From an uncultured Chloroflexia bacterium (GTDB taxonomy: Bacteria; Chloroflexota; Dehalococcoidia; DSTF01; JALHUB01), in the NCBI GenBank assembly GCA_963726245.1, contig CAVSBT010000019.1:43709-107708 (forward strand): 64,000 nucleotides of DNA, given 5' to 3'. The notes beneath the pieces are model-generated. The model was not told the DNA's origin. It was given only the letters and a program-made list of their open reading frames with translations, and ran no database searches. A program made the translations under genes and the position numbers. Positions within the stretch are counted from its first letter, which is position 1. Every line of letters starts with the position of its first letter. Of this stretch, positions 1 through 9,500 are shown piece by piece.

Positions 1-150
1 GACGGGATCCTATGCCTGAGCGCCGATCTCAGTCGAAGGTGACTCGCGACAGCAAAGAAGCCGTGCGTGCTCTGATCCAGTCGCTCAACGAGTTCGCTGG
101 CGAGGAGATGGAGCTCCGGAACCACCCCGGAGCCGGTCCTACGATCTTCT

Positions 151-360
151 TTGTGGGAGATCCTGGAGACCGCCAAGGACCGTGAGCGCAACAGGCAGCG
201 CGCTGAGCACGAAGCCCTCCTGAAGGAATGGAGCGTGAAGGTTCGCACCTTGCTGGAATCTAACGCCGTGGAGTTTATCGCTGATTGGGACGCAGCCAGC
301 CTCTACGATCGTGCTGACCTGCTGCGGCGCTTCATTCAGGAGCTCCGGCAACGCCTGTAG
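151..360 (+). CDS. hypothetical protein, C-terminal part (frame probably continues from ATG at 12; apparent 1-nt shift near 148-152)
   Basis: ORF track 151..360. An open frame 12..~150 (MPERRSQSKVTRDSKEAVRALIQSLNEF...PTIFF) abuts it in another frame. No recognisable family. Confidence 0.3.
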   Translation: MWEILETAKDRERNRQRAEHEALLKEWSVKVRTLLESNAVEFIADWDAASLYDRADLLRRFIQELRQRL

Positions 361-418
361 ACTGAGCAGCTAAGAGCACTCTTTCGACACCCAGTGTGGG
401 GCCCCTAAGAGGTGTGCT

Positions 419-1676
419 ATGTCTGGTGCGGCCCTCCCCCTGACCGGCGTCAAGGTAGCCGACTTCTCCTGGTTCGGCGCTGGGCCCATTTGCGCCGCCG
501 TCATGGCTTACTACGGCGCCGACGTGGTTCGCGTGGAGTCGGAGACGCACGTCGACGGCCTGCGCACGCTCCTGCCGGTTGCGGAAGGGAAGGAAGGCTA
601 CAATGTCAGCGGCTGGTTCAACAACTACAACGCCGGCAAGTGGTCCCTCACCCTCAACCTCAACACGGACCGGGGACGTGAGCTGGCCCATGAGCTGGTG
701 CGCTGGTCCGACGTCTTCCTGACCAACTTCACGCCGAGCGTCATCGAACGCTGGTCCCTCACCTACGAGGACCTGGTGAAGGTGAAGCCTGACATCATCG
801 CCGTCTACCAGCCGATGCAGGGCTTCCAGGGCCCCCACCGCGACTTCCTCGGCTTTGGCGCCGTCCTCACCCCTACTGCCGGCTTCAGCCATCTAACCGG
901 GTTCCCGGGCACGCCGCCCGTCGGCACCGGCACGAACTACCCGGACTACGTCGTCAACCCCATCCACACCCTCACCGGCATTCTCGCCGCCTTGCACTAC
1001 CGTCGAAAGACGGGCAAGGGGCAGCGCGTCGAGCTGGCTCAGGTGGAATCGGCCGTGTGCGCCCTGGGCGCCTGCCCTCATGGACTACACCGTCAACGGC
1101 CGCGTACAGGAGCGGGCCGGCAATCGCGTGCCCCACGCCGCGCCGCACGGCGCCTTCCCCTGCCAGCCCCTCAAGGGCGCCGGCTTCCTCGGCACCGACG
1201 AAGAGCGCTGGTGCGTCATCGCCGTGTACACCGACGAGGAGTGGGACGCCCTCTGCCGCGTCATGGGCGGCCCGGAGTGGACGCGCGACGAGCGCTTCGC
1301 CACCTTCCGGGCGCGCAAGGAGAACGAGGACGAGCTGGAGCGGCTGATCGGGGCGTGGACGAGCACGAAGACGCCCGAGGAGGTGATGGAGAGCCTCCAG
1401 GCCGCCGGCGTGCCGGCCGGCGTCATCCAGAACGCCCGCGACGTGCTGGATAGCGATCCGCACCTGAAGGAGCGCGGGTACTACGTCTACCTGGACCACC
1501 CGGAGGCCGGCCGCACCGCCTACGACACCCCGGGCTTCCGCCTGACGAAGACGCCGGGCGCCTACCGCTCGCCGGCCCCCTGCCTGGGCGAGCACACGGA
1601 GTACGTCTGCAAGGAGATCCTCAAGCTCTCCGACGAAGAGATCGCCCAGCTAGTGATCGACGAGGTGCTGCGGTAG
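419..1676 (+). CDS. family III CoA-transferase (CaiB/BaiF/Frc-like), reading frame broken near 1070-1078
   Basis: ORF 419..1453 supplies the N-terminal half (LTGVKVADFSWFGAGPICAAVMAYYGADVVRVE). ORF 1080..1676 supplies the C-terminal half (MDYTVNGR...APCLGEHTEYV). The halves are contiguous in homology but lie in different frames. Confidence 0.85.
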
Positions 1677-1769
1677 GGACCCTCGCCGCGTCTCCTCCGG
1701 CAGAGAAGTTCCGCCTGCGCTCTGCTGTGCTATCCTGAGATCGCTACCCCTCTAGAGAGGAGACCCCCA

Positions 1770-3420
1770 ATGGCCCAGATCGACGGCGGTGAGCTGGTGG
1801 CCCGCACCCTCAAGCAGGAGGGCATCGACTGCATCTTCACCCTCTGCGGCGGCCACGTGATGAACATCTATAACGGCTGCCTGGACCACGGCATCCGCGT
1901 CGTCGACGTGCGCCACGAGCAGGCCGCCGGCCACGCCGCCGAGGGCTGGTCGCGCGTCACCCGCCGGCCCGGCGTGGCCGTCGTCACCGCCGGCCCCGGC
2001 GTCACCGACACCGTAACGGCCGTCGCCAACGCCTACCAGAACCGCAGCCCCATGCTCCTCATCGGCGGCGCGGCGCCGCTATCCCAAGCGCAGATGGGCG
2101 GCCTCCAGGAGATGGAGCAGGTGGACCTGCTGAAGCCCATCACCAAGTGGTCGGGCACCGCCTACCAGACCCGTCGCATCCCCGAGTACCTCCAGATGTG
2201 CTTCCGCATCGCCATGAGCGGCCGCTACGGGCCGTGCTTCCTGGAGATGCCCGCGGATGTCCTCTTCGGCCGCGTCGAGGAGGGTGAAGTCGCCATCCCC
2301 CAGAGCTACCGGACCGAGGGCCGCGTCCAGGGCGACCGGCGCCTGGTCGCTGAGGCCGCCGCCCTGCTCGACAAGGCGGAGCGACCGGTGGTGATGGCCG
2401 GCAGCCAGGTCTACTGGTCGGACGCGGCCGACGCCCTGCGCCGGCTCAGTCGAGCGCCTGGGGGCGCCGGTGTACCTGAACGCCATGGCACGGGGCTCCA
2501 TCCGCCAGGACCACCCGCTGTTCTTCTCGCGCACGCGCAGCGCCGCCCTCAGCGAGGCCGACGTCGTGCTGGTGATCGGCACGCCCATGGACTTCCGCCT
2601 GCGCTTCGGTCGCGCCTTCAGCGACGCCTCGAAGATCATCCAGGTGGACGTGGACCCCACGGAGATCGGCCGCAACCGCCCCTTCGACATCGGCATCGAG
2701 GGCGACGCCGGGGCTGTCCTCGCGCAGATGCTGGCGGAGCTGGGCGATCCGCCGCCGGCGGACGACGGCGGCGCCTGGGTCAAGGGCCTGCGCGAAAAGG
2801 AGGACCAGGTGTGGGAGCTGCGCCAGCAATGGCTGCGCTCCGACGCCGTCCCCATCCACCCGCTGCGCCTCTGCCACGAGATGGCCCAGTTCGTTGACGA
2901 CGACACCCTGGTCGTGGGCGACGGCGGCGACATCGTCAACCTGGCGGCCCAGGTGCTGCCCATTAACCACCCCGGCCAGTGGTTCGACCCCGGGCCCATG
3001 GGCACGCTGGGCGTCGGCACCGGATTCTCGATGGCGGCCAAGATCGCCCAACCCGAGAAGAGGATCCTGATGGTGAACGGCGACGGCGCCTTCGGGCTCA
3101 ACGGCTTCGAGTTCGACACCTTGGTGCGCCACAATTTGCCCGTGGTGTCGGTGATCGGGAACGACCGCCGGTGGGGGCAGATCGCGGTTGGCCAGGTGAA
3201 GATGTACGGTCGCGAGCGCGCGGTCGCCTCCACCCTGGCCGACAACGCCCGCTACGACCGCGTGGTGGAGGCACTCGGCGGCCACGGCGAGTTCGTGACG
3301 GAGCCGGGCGAGATACGGCCCGCCATCGAGAGGGCGTTCGCCTCCGGCAAGCCGGCCTGCGTCAACGTCATCACCGACCCGGAGCCGCCCGGCGTCGAGG
3401 GCGGCTACGAGTTCATGTGA
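1770..3420 (+). CDS. thiamine-diphosphate enzyme of the oxalyl-CoA decarboxylase / 2-hydroxyacyl-CoA lyase / acetolactate synthase superfamily, frame broken by an extra base at ~2448
   Basis: ORF 1770..2897 gives the N-terminal domain ([19 protein letters not shown]). ORF 2470..3420 gives the central and ThDP-binding domains (GDGGD...GTLGVG...NGDGAFG). Skipping base 2448 reads ...[21 protein letters not shown]. Confidence 0.85.
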
Positions 3421-3485
3421 GGTTGTTGTTGTTTGTCGTGAAGGCGGCGCTTCGGGGCTTGTTGAGTAAGGTCTTTGTCGGCCTT

Positions 3486-3550
3486 GTCATTCTGAGCGAA
3501 GCGAAGAATCTGGGCTGGCGAGACCCTTCGCTTCGCTCAGGGTGACAGGG
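3486..3550. repeat. REP-like inverted repeat (arms ctgagcgaagcgaag 3492-3506 / cttcgcttcgctcag 3526-3540)
   Basis: Perfect 15-nt inverted arms read directly. Intergenic, downstream of the ThDP enzyme stop. Confidence 0.7.
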
Positions 3551-3570
3551 TGTGAGGCGGGCGAGCAGCC

Positions 3571-3798
3571 GTGGAACGAGAAAACTGGCAAGACCAGCCT
3601 GAGGAGGGCTGGGACGAGGACGAGGAGGAGTGGGACCCCAACAGTCCCGAGGACCCCGACTATGACCTGTCGGAGTCGGCGGGCTACGCCGGCTACGACT
3701 CCAACCGCGAGTTCCCTTCGCGTACGCTGATCATCATCGTCTCCCTGATACTGGTGGCCGCTCTCCTGGCCCCCTTCCTCCTCCGCGTACTGCCGTAG
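3571..3798 (+). CDS. small acidic protein with C-terminal transmembrane helix (hypothetical)
   Basis: ORF track 75 aa. D/E-rich N-terminus followed by IIIVSLILVAALLAPFLL. GTG start. No family recognised. Confidence 0.4.
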   Translation: MERENWQDQPEEGWDEDEEEWDPNSPEDPDYDLSESAGYAGYDSNREFPSRTLIIIVSLILVAALLAPFLLRVLP

Positions 3799-3809
3799 GC
3801 GGGCCGCCC

Positions 3810-3870
3810 GTAGCGGAGGGCTTTAGCCCTCCACGTACCTCGGTCGTGGAAGGCTCAAGCCTTCCGCTAC
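3810..3870. repeat. REPIN-like pair of inverted GTAG-REP hairpins
   Basis: gtagcggagggctttagccctccac (3810-3834) and its near reverse complement gtggaaggctcaagccttccgctac (3846-3870). Same element family at 5380 and 13837. Confidence 0.8.
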
Positions 3871-3963
3871 ATGCTGCGCATGGCGCTACCCGGCGTTCGA
3901 CGCTGTGGAGGATATTCTCGCGTCGGTGCTACAATGGCCCACAGAGCTTGCAGGGGAGGGTGA

Positions 3964-4278
3964 GTGCCCAAGATCACCATTCAGCCACTGAATGTTGTCG
4001 TCGAGACGGCGCCGCAGGAGACGATCATGGCGGCCGCCCAGGCCCAGGGCTACTACTGGCCCAGCACCTGCGGCGGCGAGGGGCGCTGCACCACCTGCGC
4101 CCTTACCGTCGTCGGGGGACATGAGAACCTCTCGGAGATGGGGCGCTGGGAGCGCAAGGCCATTGAAGCCGAGCTGGGCCCAGCGGCCCTGTCGCGGGGC
4201 GTGCGCCTCGCCTGCCAGGCCCGCGTCCTGGGGGACGCCGAGGTGCGTCAAGCCCGGCGTCCGCCGCGACTGGCATAG
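3964..4278 (+). CDS. plant-type [2Fe-2S] ferredoxin
   Basis: ORF 104 aa with a C-x4-C-x2-C...C pattern (STCGGEGRCTTC ... RLAC). GTG start. Confidence 0.8.
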   Translation: MPKITIQPLNVVVETAPQETIMAAAQAQGYYWPSTCGGEGRCTTCALTVVGGHENLSEMGRWERKAIEAELGPAALSRGVRLACQARVLGDAEVRQARRPPRLA

Positions 4279-4388
4279 CAAGGGCTGAAACCTCGCGCCC
4301 GCAGGCGAGAACGGCCGCCGCCGTGGTACAATCGCTTCGCAACCGCAGAGTGAGGACCATTACCGGCGTCGATGGCCGGAGGTGACGT

Positions 4389-5321
4389 GTGGACCTGGGT
4401 CAGCTAGAGGCCTTCGTCGAGGTGGCGCGTCACCGCAGCTTCAGCAAGGCGGCAGAAGCGCTTTTCCTGACGCAGCCCTCAGTGACGGCGCGCATCCAGG
4501 CCCTGGAGCGCGAGCTGGGCGAGCCGCTCTTCGAGCGCAACGGCCGGGGCGTCCGCCTCACCGATGTCGGCAGCTCTTTTCTACCCCACGCCCAGCGGGT
4601 GCTGAAGGCCCTTCAAGAGGGTCGCGACGCCCTGGAAGGGCTACGTAGCCTCCAGATCGGCGCCCTGCGCCTGGGCACCGCCTTCACGGTGGGTACCTAC
4701 GTCCTGCCCGGGATACTCAGGACCTACCACGAGCGCTTCCCCGCCGTGGAGTTCTCGGTCAAGACGGGCCGCTCCGAGGAAGTGCTGCATCTGGTGCTCG
4801 GCGACGAGGTGCAGGCAGGCCTGGTCCGCGCCGTCGTCCACGCCGATGTCGAGACGGTCCAGCTCTACCAGGACGAGGTGGTGCTGGTCACCAACTCCAA
4901 GCACCCCTTCGCTGCCAGCGGCGAGGCATCTGTGGAGGACGTGGGCCGGCAGCCCTTTATCCTGTTCAACAAGGGGTCGAGCTATTACGACCTGGTGCAG
5001 GGCCTCTTCCGTCAGGCCGGCGTCGTGCCCTGGACAGCCATGGAGCTGGACAGCATGGAGGCGATGAAGAAGATGGTGGAGGAGGGGCTGGGCATCGCCA
5101 TGCTGCCGCGGGTGTCGGTAGAGCGTGAAATCAATCTGGGAGTGCTGGCCGAGATAAAGCTCCGGGACGTGGAGAACGCTCGAAGGCGCATCGCGCTCAT
5201 CTATCGACGTAACCGCCGCCCTTCGCGGACGATGGTCACCTTCCTCAACATACTCCACGAGGTCTATGACTTCGAATGGCCGGCCAGCATGGGCCAGCCG
5301 GCCCCCGCCGTCCCGTACTAG
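4389..5321 (+). CDS. LysR-family transcriptional regulator
   Basis: N-terminal HTH LEAFVEVARHRSFSKAAEALFLTQPSVTARIQALERELG plus a LysR substrate-binding domain, 310 aa. Confidence 0.9.
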   Translation: MDLGQLEAFVEVARHRSFSKAAEALFLTQPSVTARIQALERELGEPLFERNGRGVRLTDVGSSFLPHAQRVLKALQEGRDALEGLRSLQIGALRLGTAFTVGTYVLPGILRTYHERFPAVEFSVKTGRSEEVLHLVLGDEVQAGLVRAVVHADVETVQLYQDEVVLVTNSKHPFAASGEASVEDVGRQPFILFNKGSSYYDLVQGLFRQAGVVPWTAMELDSMEAMKKMVEEGLGIAMLPRVSVEREINLGVLAEIKLRDVENARRRIALIYRRNRRPSRTMVTFLNILHEVYDFEWPASMGQPAPAVPY

Positions 5322-5379
5322 GGCCGCCAGCAACGTTCCCGAAGGCCAGCTTTCAGGCTGGCACGGCTGGGGCTGTACC

Positions 5380-5440
5380 GTAGCGGAAGGCTTCAGCCTT
5401 CCAACGCGGAGCTGTGTGGGGGGCTAAAGCCCTCCGCTAC
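5380..5440. repeat. REPIN-like pair of inverted GTAG-REP hairpins
   Basis: gtagcggaaggcttcagccttccaac (5380-5405) and gtggggggctaaagccctccgctac (5416-5440). Overlaps the last ~16 codons and the stop of nfo. Confidence 0.8.
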
Positions 5441-6301
5441 GCCTCTGGCGTGAGCCCCAACTCCTCCCGGATTCTGGCGCAGGATGTCCACGTTCTCCTT
5501 GTCGGGACCCTTCTTCTCGAAGCCGGGCACCTCCAGGAGGAAGGGGACGTCTCGAAAGGCCGGATGCCCCATGATCACCTTGAAGCCCTCGCGGCCGATG
5601 AGCCCCTCGCCGATGTTCTCGTGCCGGTCGACGCCGCCCCCGAGGCGTATCTTGGAGTCGTTGGCGTGGATGGCTACCAGGTTCGCCAGCCCCACCTCCT
5701 TCTCGAATTCGGCCAGAGCCGCCTCCAGCCCCTTGGGGGTCGCCACGTCATGGCCGGCGGCGAAGGCGTGCTGCGTATCCAAGCAGACCTTGACCCGCGG
5801 GCTACCGACCTCTCGCGTGATGATCCCCAGTTCCGGGAAGCGCGACCCGACGCTTCCTCCCATGCCGGCGCTGTTCTCCAGGATGAGCCAGGTATCGCCG
5901 GGAGAGCCCTCCAGGGCGCGATGCACGGCGGAGGCGACCTGCGAGCGCACGGCCTCGAAGCCGGCGCCACGGTGACTGCCCAGGTGGAATATGGTGCCCG
6001 CGGCCCCAATCTGACGGCAGACGTCCAGCGACCAGGTGAGGGCATCCACAGAGCGCTCCAGGCCGACAGGGTCGCTGGTGGCCAGGTTGATCAGATAGGG
6101 CCCGTGGATGAAGACAGGCCGCACGCCGGCCTCGGCGGCCTTCTTCTGGAAGGCCTCTGTTCTTTCCGCTGAGTATTCGGTCTTGCGCCAGGACTGGGGC
6201 GCTGCTGCGAAGATCTGGATGGTCTCGGCGCCCATGGCCAGCGCCCGCTCGACGCCCTTGTCCAGCCCGCCGCTGGTGGAGACGTGCGCTCCGATTCTCA
6301 T
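5393..6301 (-). CDS. nfo: endonuclease IV (AP endonuclease, xylose isomerase-like TIM barrel)
   Basis: MRIGAHVSTSGGL...IHGPYLINLA...FHLGSH...LILENSAG...CLDTQHAFAAG...IHANDSK...DRHENIG, typical Nfo motifs. The C-terminal tail is REP-encoded. Confidence 0.9.
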   Translation of the reverse strand: MRIGAHVSTSGGLDKGVERALAMGAETIQIFAAAPQSWRKTEYSAERTEAFQKKAAEAGVRPVFIHGPYLINLATSDPVGLERSVDALTWSLDVCRQIGAAGTIFHLGSHRGAGFEAVRSQVASAVHRALEGSPGDTWLILENSAGMGGSVGSRFPELGIITREVGSPRVKVCLDTQHAFAAGHDVATPKGLEAALAEFEKEVGLANLVAIHANDSKIRLGGGVDRHENIGEGLIGREGFKVIMGHPAFRDVPFLLEVPGFEKKGPDKENVDILRQNPGGVGAHARGVAEGFSPPHSSALEG

Positions 6302-6420
6302 GATCGTTCTCCCAACGCGCCGCTAGTTCGCATCTGTACCGTGTCCATTATACCGGCCGGACGCCCCCGGCAGCAGGCTCCTTGCTTGCTGACAGCGTGC
6401 GGGTCGTCTTGAGTCTGCCC

Positions 6421-6475
6421 GGTGACAGGCAGGCCTGACGCACCGCTCATGGTGAGCTTGTCGAACCACGAGGGG
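6421..6475. repeat. REP-like element sharing an identical 29-mer with 44015-44043
   Basis: cgctcatggtgagcttgtcgaaccacgag occurs at 6444-6472 and again at 44015-44043 in the same orientation. Confidence 0.7.
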
Positions 6476-6559
6476 CCGGCTCGGGTTGGCGGCACGCTGC
6501 TGGGGCTTTAGACCGGAGGTTGGGGCAGGAGACAGGGCGAGCTCGGGGGCCGTCTGCCG

Positions 6560-9500
6560 CTAGGCTGCGAGGTCGATGAGCGCCTCGCGGTGCAGGCGGA
6601 CCAGCTTCTTCTGCTTGTGGAGCCGCGCTAGGGACTGCACGACCTTGGGGCTGAACTGCGCGCCTGAGCACGATACGATCTCCCGCACAGCAGCGGCGAC
6701 GGAGCGGGCCGACCTGTAGGGACGGTCATTGACCATGGCGTCGAAGGCGTCGGCCACAGAGACGATAGTGGCGGCTGTGGGGATGCTCTTGCCCACCAGA
6801 CCGTCCGGGTATCCGGTGCCGTCCCAGCGCTCGTGGTGAGAGCGGGCGATGGTGGCCGCCAGTTCGAAGCCAGGACGTTCCATCAGAAAGTCCTCGCCCC
6901 AAACCGTGTGCTGTTTCATCAGGTCCCATTCCTTGTCGGTGAGCTGGCCAGCGGTCGAAAGCACGACATCGGGCACGCGAATCTTGCCGATGTCGTGGAG
7001 GACAGCGGCCAAACCTAGCTCCTCAGCGTAGTCTTCGCCATAGCCCAACTCGCGCGCCAGAGCTTCGGTTATGCTGCGTATGCTCCGGAGGTGGAGACCC
7101 GTGGCCTGGTCGTGGGCCTCGGCGGCGGCCGCCAGCAGCACCACTGTCTCGGTGTGACCTTGCACGAGACGGGTTGAAGTCGACTGGAGGTCCTCGACCA
7201 GCGTCGCCAGCCGCACGATGGCCGTCACCTGGGTGGCGACGGCTACCAGGAACTCGGCGTCACGCGGTCCGAACGCCGCTTCCCGCTTGCTGCCCACCGA
7301 GAGGTGGCCGATAAGCTCGTCCCGCCAGATCATGGGCGCGATCAGGACCGACCGCATTCCCGCGGTCCGCAGCAGTTTCCGCTGATCCGCGGTGAACCGC
7401 TCGTCGTTCTGGGGGTCGTCCATGATGATCGCGCGACGCGTGCGCTCCTGGATGCGGCGGATGGGGGACTGGGGGGCCCCGCGCTGCGCATTACTCCAGG
7501 CGTCGACCAGATCTTCGGGCATCCGGGCAAAAGTGCTCAACCCCCCCTGTGGATTGCCCTCTGACCCGAAGAGCACAAAGTTGACGGCGTCGTAATCGCC
7601 TCCCACGGACAGCCGGTGAGCAACCAGGCGTAGCTTGTCGTTTAGGTCGTCCAGGGACGTCAGGAGGGGTACTATCTGGCCAACCATCTTGGCGGCGCGG
7701 TCGCCACCCTGAGCTCGCGAGAGCGTGCTCCCGGCCGACAGCACCGGCCGCTGTCGCCGCCAGGCGTACATGGCGCTATCGGCGAGCTTGATCAGCTCCT
7801 CGATCCTCCCGGCCTCCGTCGGGTAGATGGCGAGCCCGACACTGGCGATGATTTGAACCCTGGTGCCGGTCTCCGAATCGCGCAAGTCCACCTCTGCCAG
7901 CGTGTCAAGCACTCGTTGGCGATAGGTTTCGGCGGCTTCGCGGTCAGTGTTGGGCAAGAGGGCGACGAACTCATCGCCTCCGTACCGGCCGACGAGGGCG
8001 CCATCCCTTGCGAGCCCGCCGGCGACCGCCACGAGCACGGCATCGCCGACCTGGTGGCCGTAGGTGTCGTTTATCGCCTTCAGGCCGTCAACGTCGATCA
8101 TCGCCACGGCGTGGGATGAGCCGTTGGCATCGCCGGAAACCAGGTTCCTTAGTTCCTGGACGATCGCTCCGTGGTTGAGCACGCTGGTCAGCGCGTCGCG
8201 CCGGGCCTGCTCCCGCAGCGCCGTCTCCATCCGCTTGCGCTCGGTGATGTCTCTGAGAGCGCCTTCGACCCCGATAAAAGCGCCATCGGGGCCGCGAAGA
8301 AGACGAGCGCTAACAGAGGTATCGATGACGAGGCCGTCTCCCGTCTTCAGGTGGATTTCGTAGTCAGTGACCGCTTCCCGTTCCATGAGCGCCTGCAGAA
8401 GCGCTGAGCGCTCTTCTGGGTTGGGGTAGACGTCCAGTACCTGCGTGCCGATTAGCCCCTCACGGGTGTATCCGAACCGCTCCACCGATGGGTTGATTTC
8501 GGTGATGATCCCCTTGTCATCCGTCCGGTAATAGATGTCCTGCACGTTTTCGAAGATTCCGCGGTACTTCGCCTCGCTCTCTCTTAGCGCCTCTTCCATC
8601 CGCTTGCGCTCGCTGATGTCTCTGAGCGAGCCTTCAACCCCGAGGAATTGGCCGTCGGGGCCGCGAAGAAGATGAGCGCTAACAGAGGTATCGATGACGC
8701 GGCCGTCTGCCGTCTTCAGGTGGATTTCGTAGTCAGTGACCGCTTCCCCTTCCAAAAGCGCCTGCAGAAGCGCGGAGGGCTCTTCCGCGCTCGCGTAGAT
8801 ATCCGTCACCGGCGTGCCGATCAGCGCCTCACGGGAGTATCCGTAGCGTTCAATCGACGGGCTGATCTCAGTGATGACGCGCTTGTCATCAGTCTGGTAG
8901 AAGACGTCCTGCACGCTTTCGAAGATCTGGCGGTACTTCGCCTCGCTCTCTCTTAGCGCCTTCTCCATCCGCTTGCGCTCGGTGACATCTCTGAGGGAGC
9001 CTTCGACCCCGGCGAATTCGCCATTGGGGCCGTGAAGAAGATGAGTGCTGACAGAGGTGGTTCTGTCGAGCCCGTCTCCCGACTTCAGGTGGACTTCGAA
9101 GTCAATGACCACTCCCTGTTCGAAGAGCGCTTTCATGAGCGCTGAGCGCTCGTCTGGGTCTTTGTACATGTCCAGCACGGGCGTGCCGATTAGCTCGTCG
9201 GGGTCGTTTCCGAAGCGTCGCACCGATGGGCTGATCTCGGTGATGATGCCCTTGTCATCCGTCCGGTAGTAGATGTCCTGCACGTTGTCGAAGATGCGGC
9301 GGAACTTCTCTTCCGTCTCCCGCAGCGCCTCGTTCGAGCGTTCCAGCTCGGTCGCCGTCTGCTTCAGCGCCTCTTCCATCCGCTTGCGCTCGCTGACGTC
9401 GGTGGCCACGCCGATGACGCCGGAAACCTGGCCGCTTCGATCACGCAGCGGCGCGCAATAGGTCTCGAAGGTGAAGTCGGCCAGTTCCACCTCGACCGTA

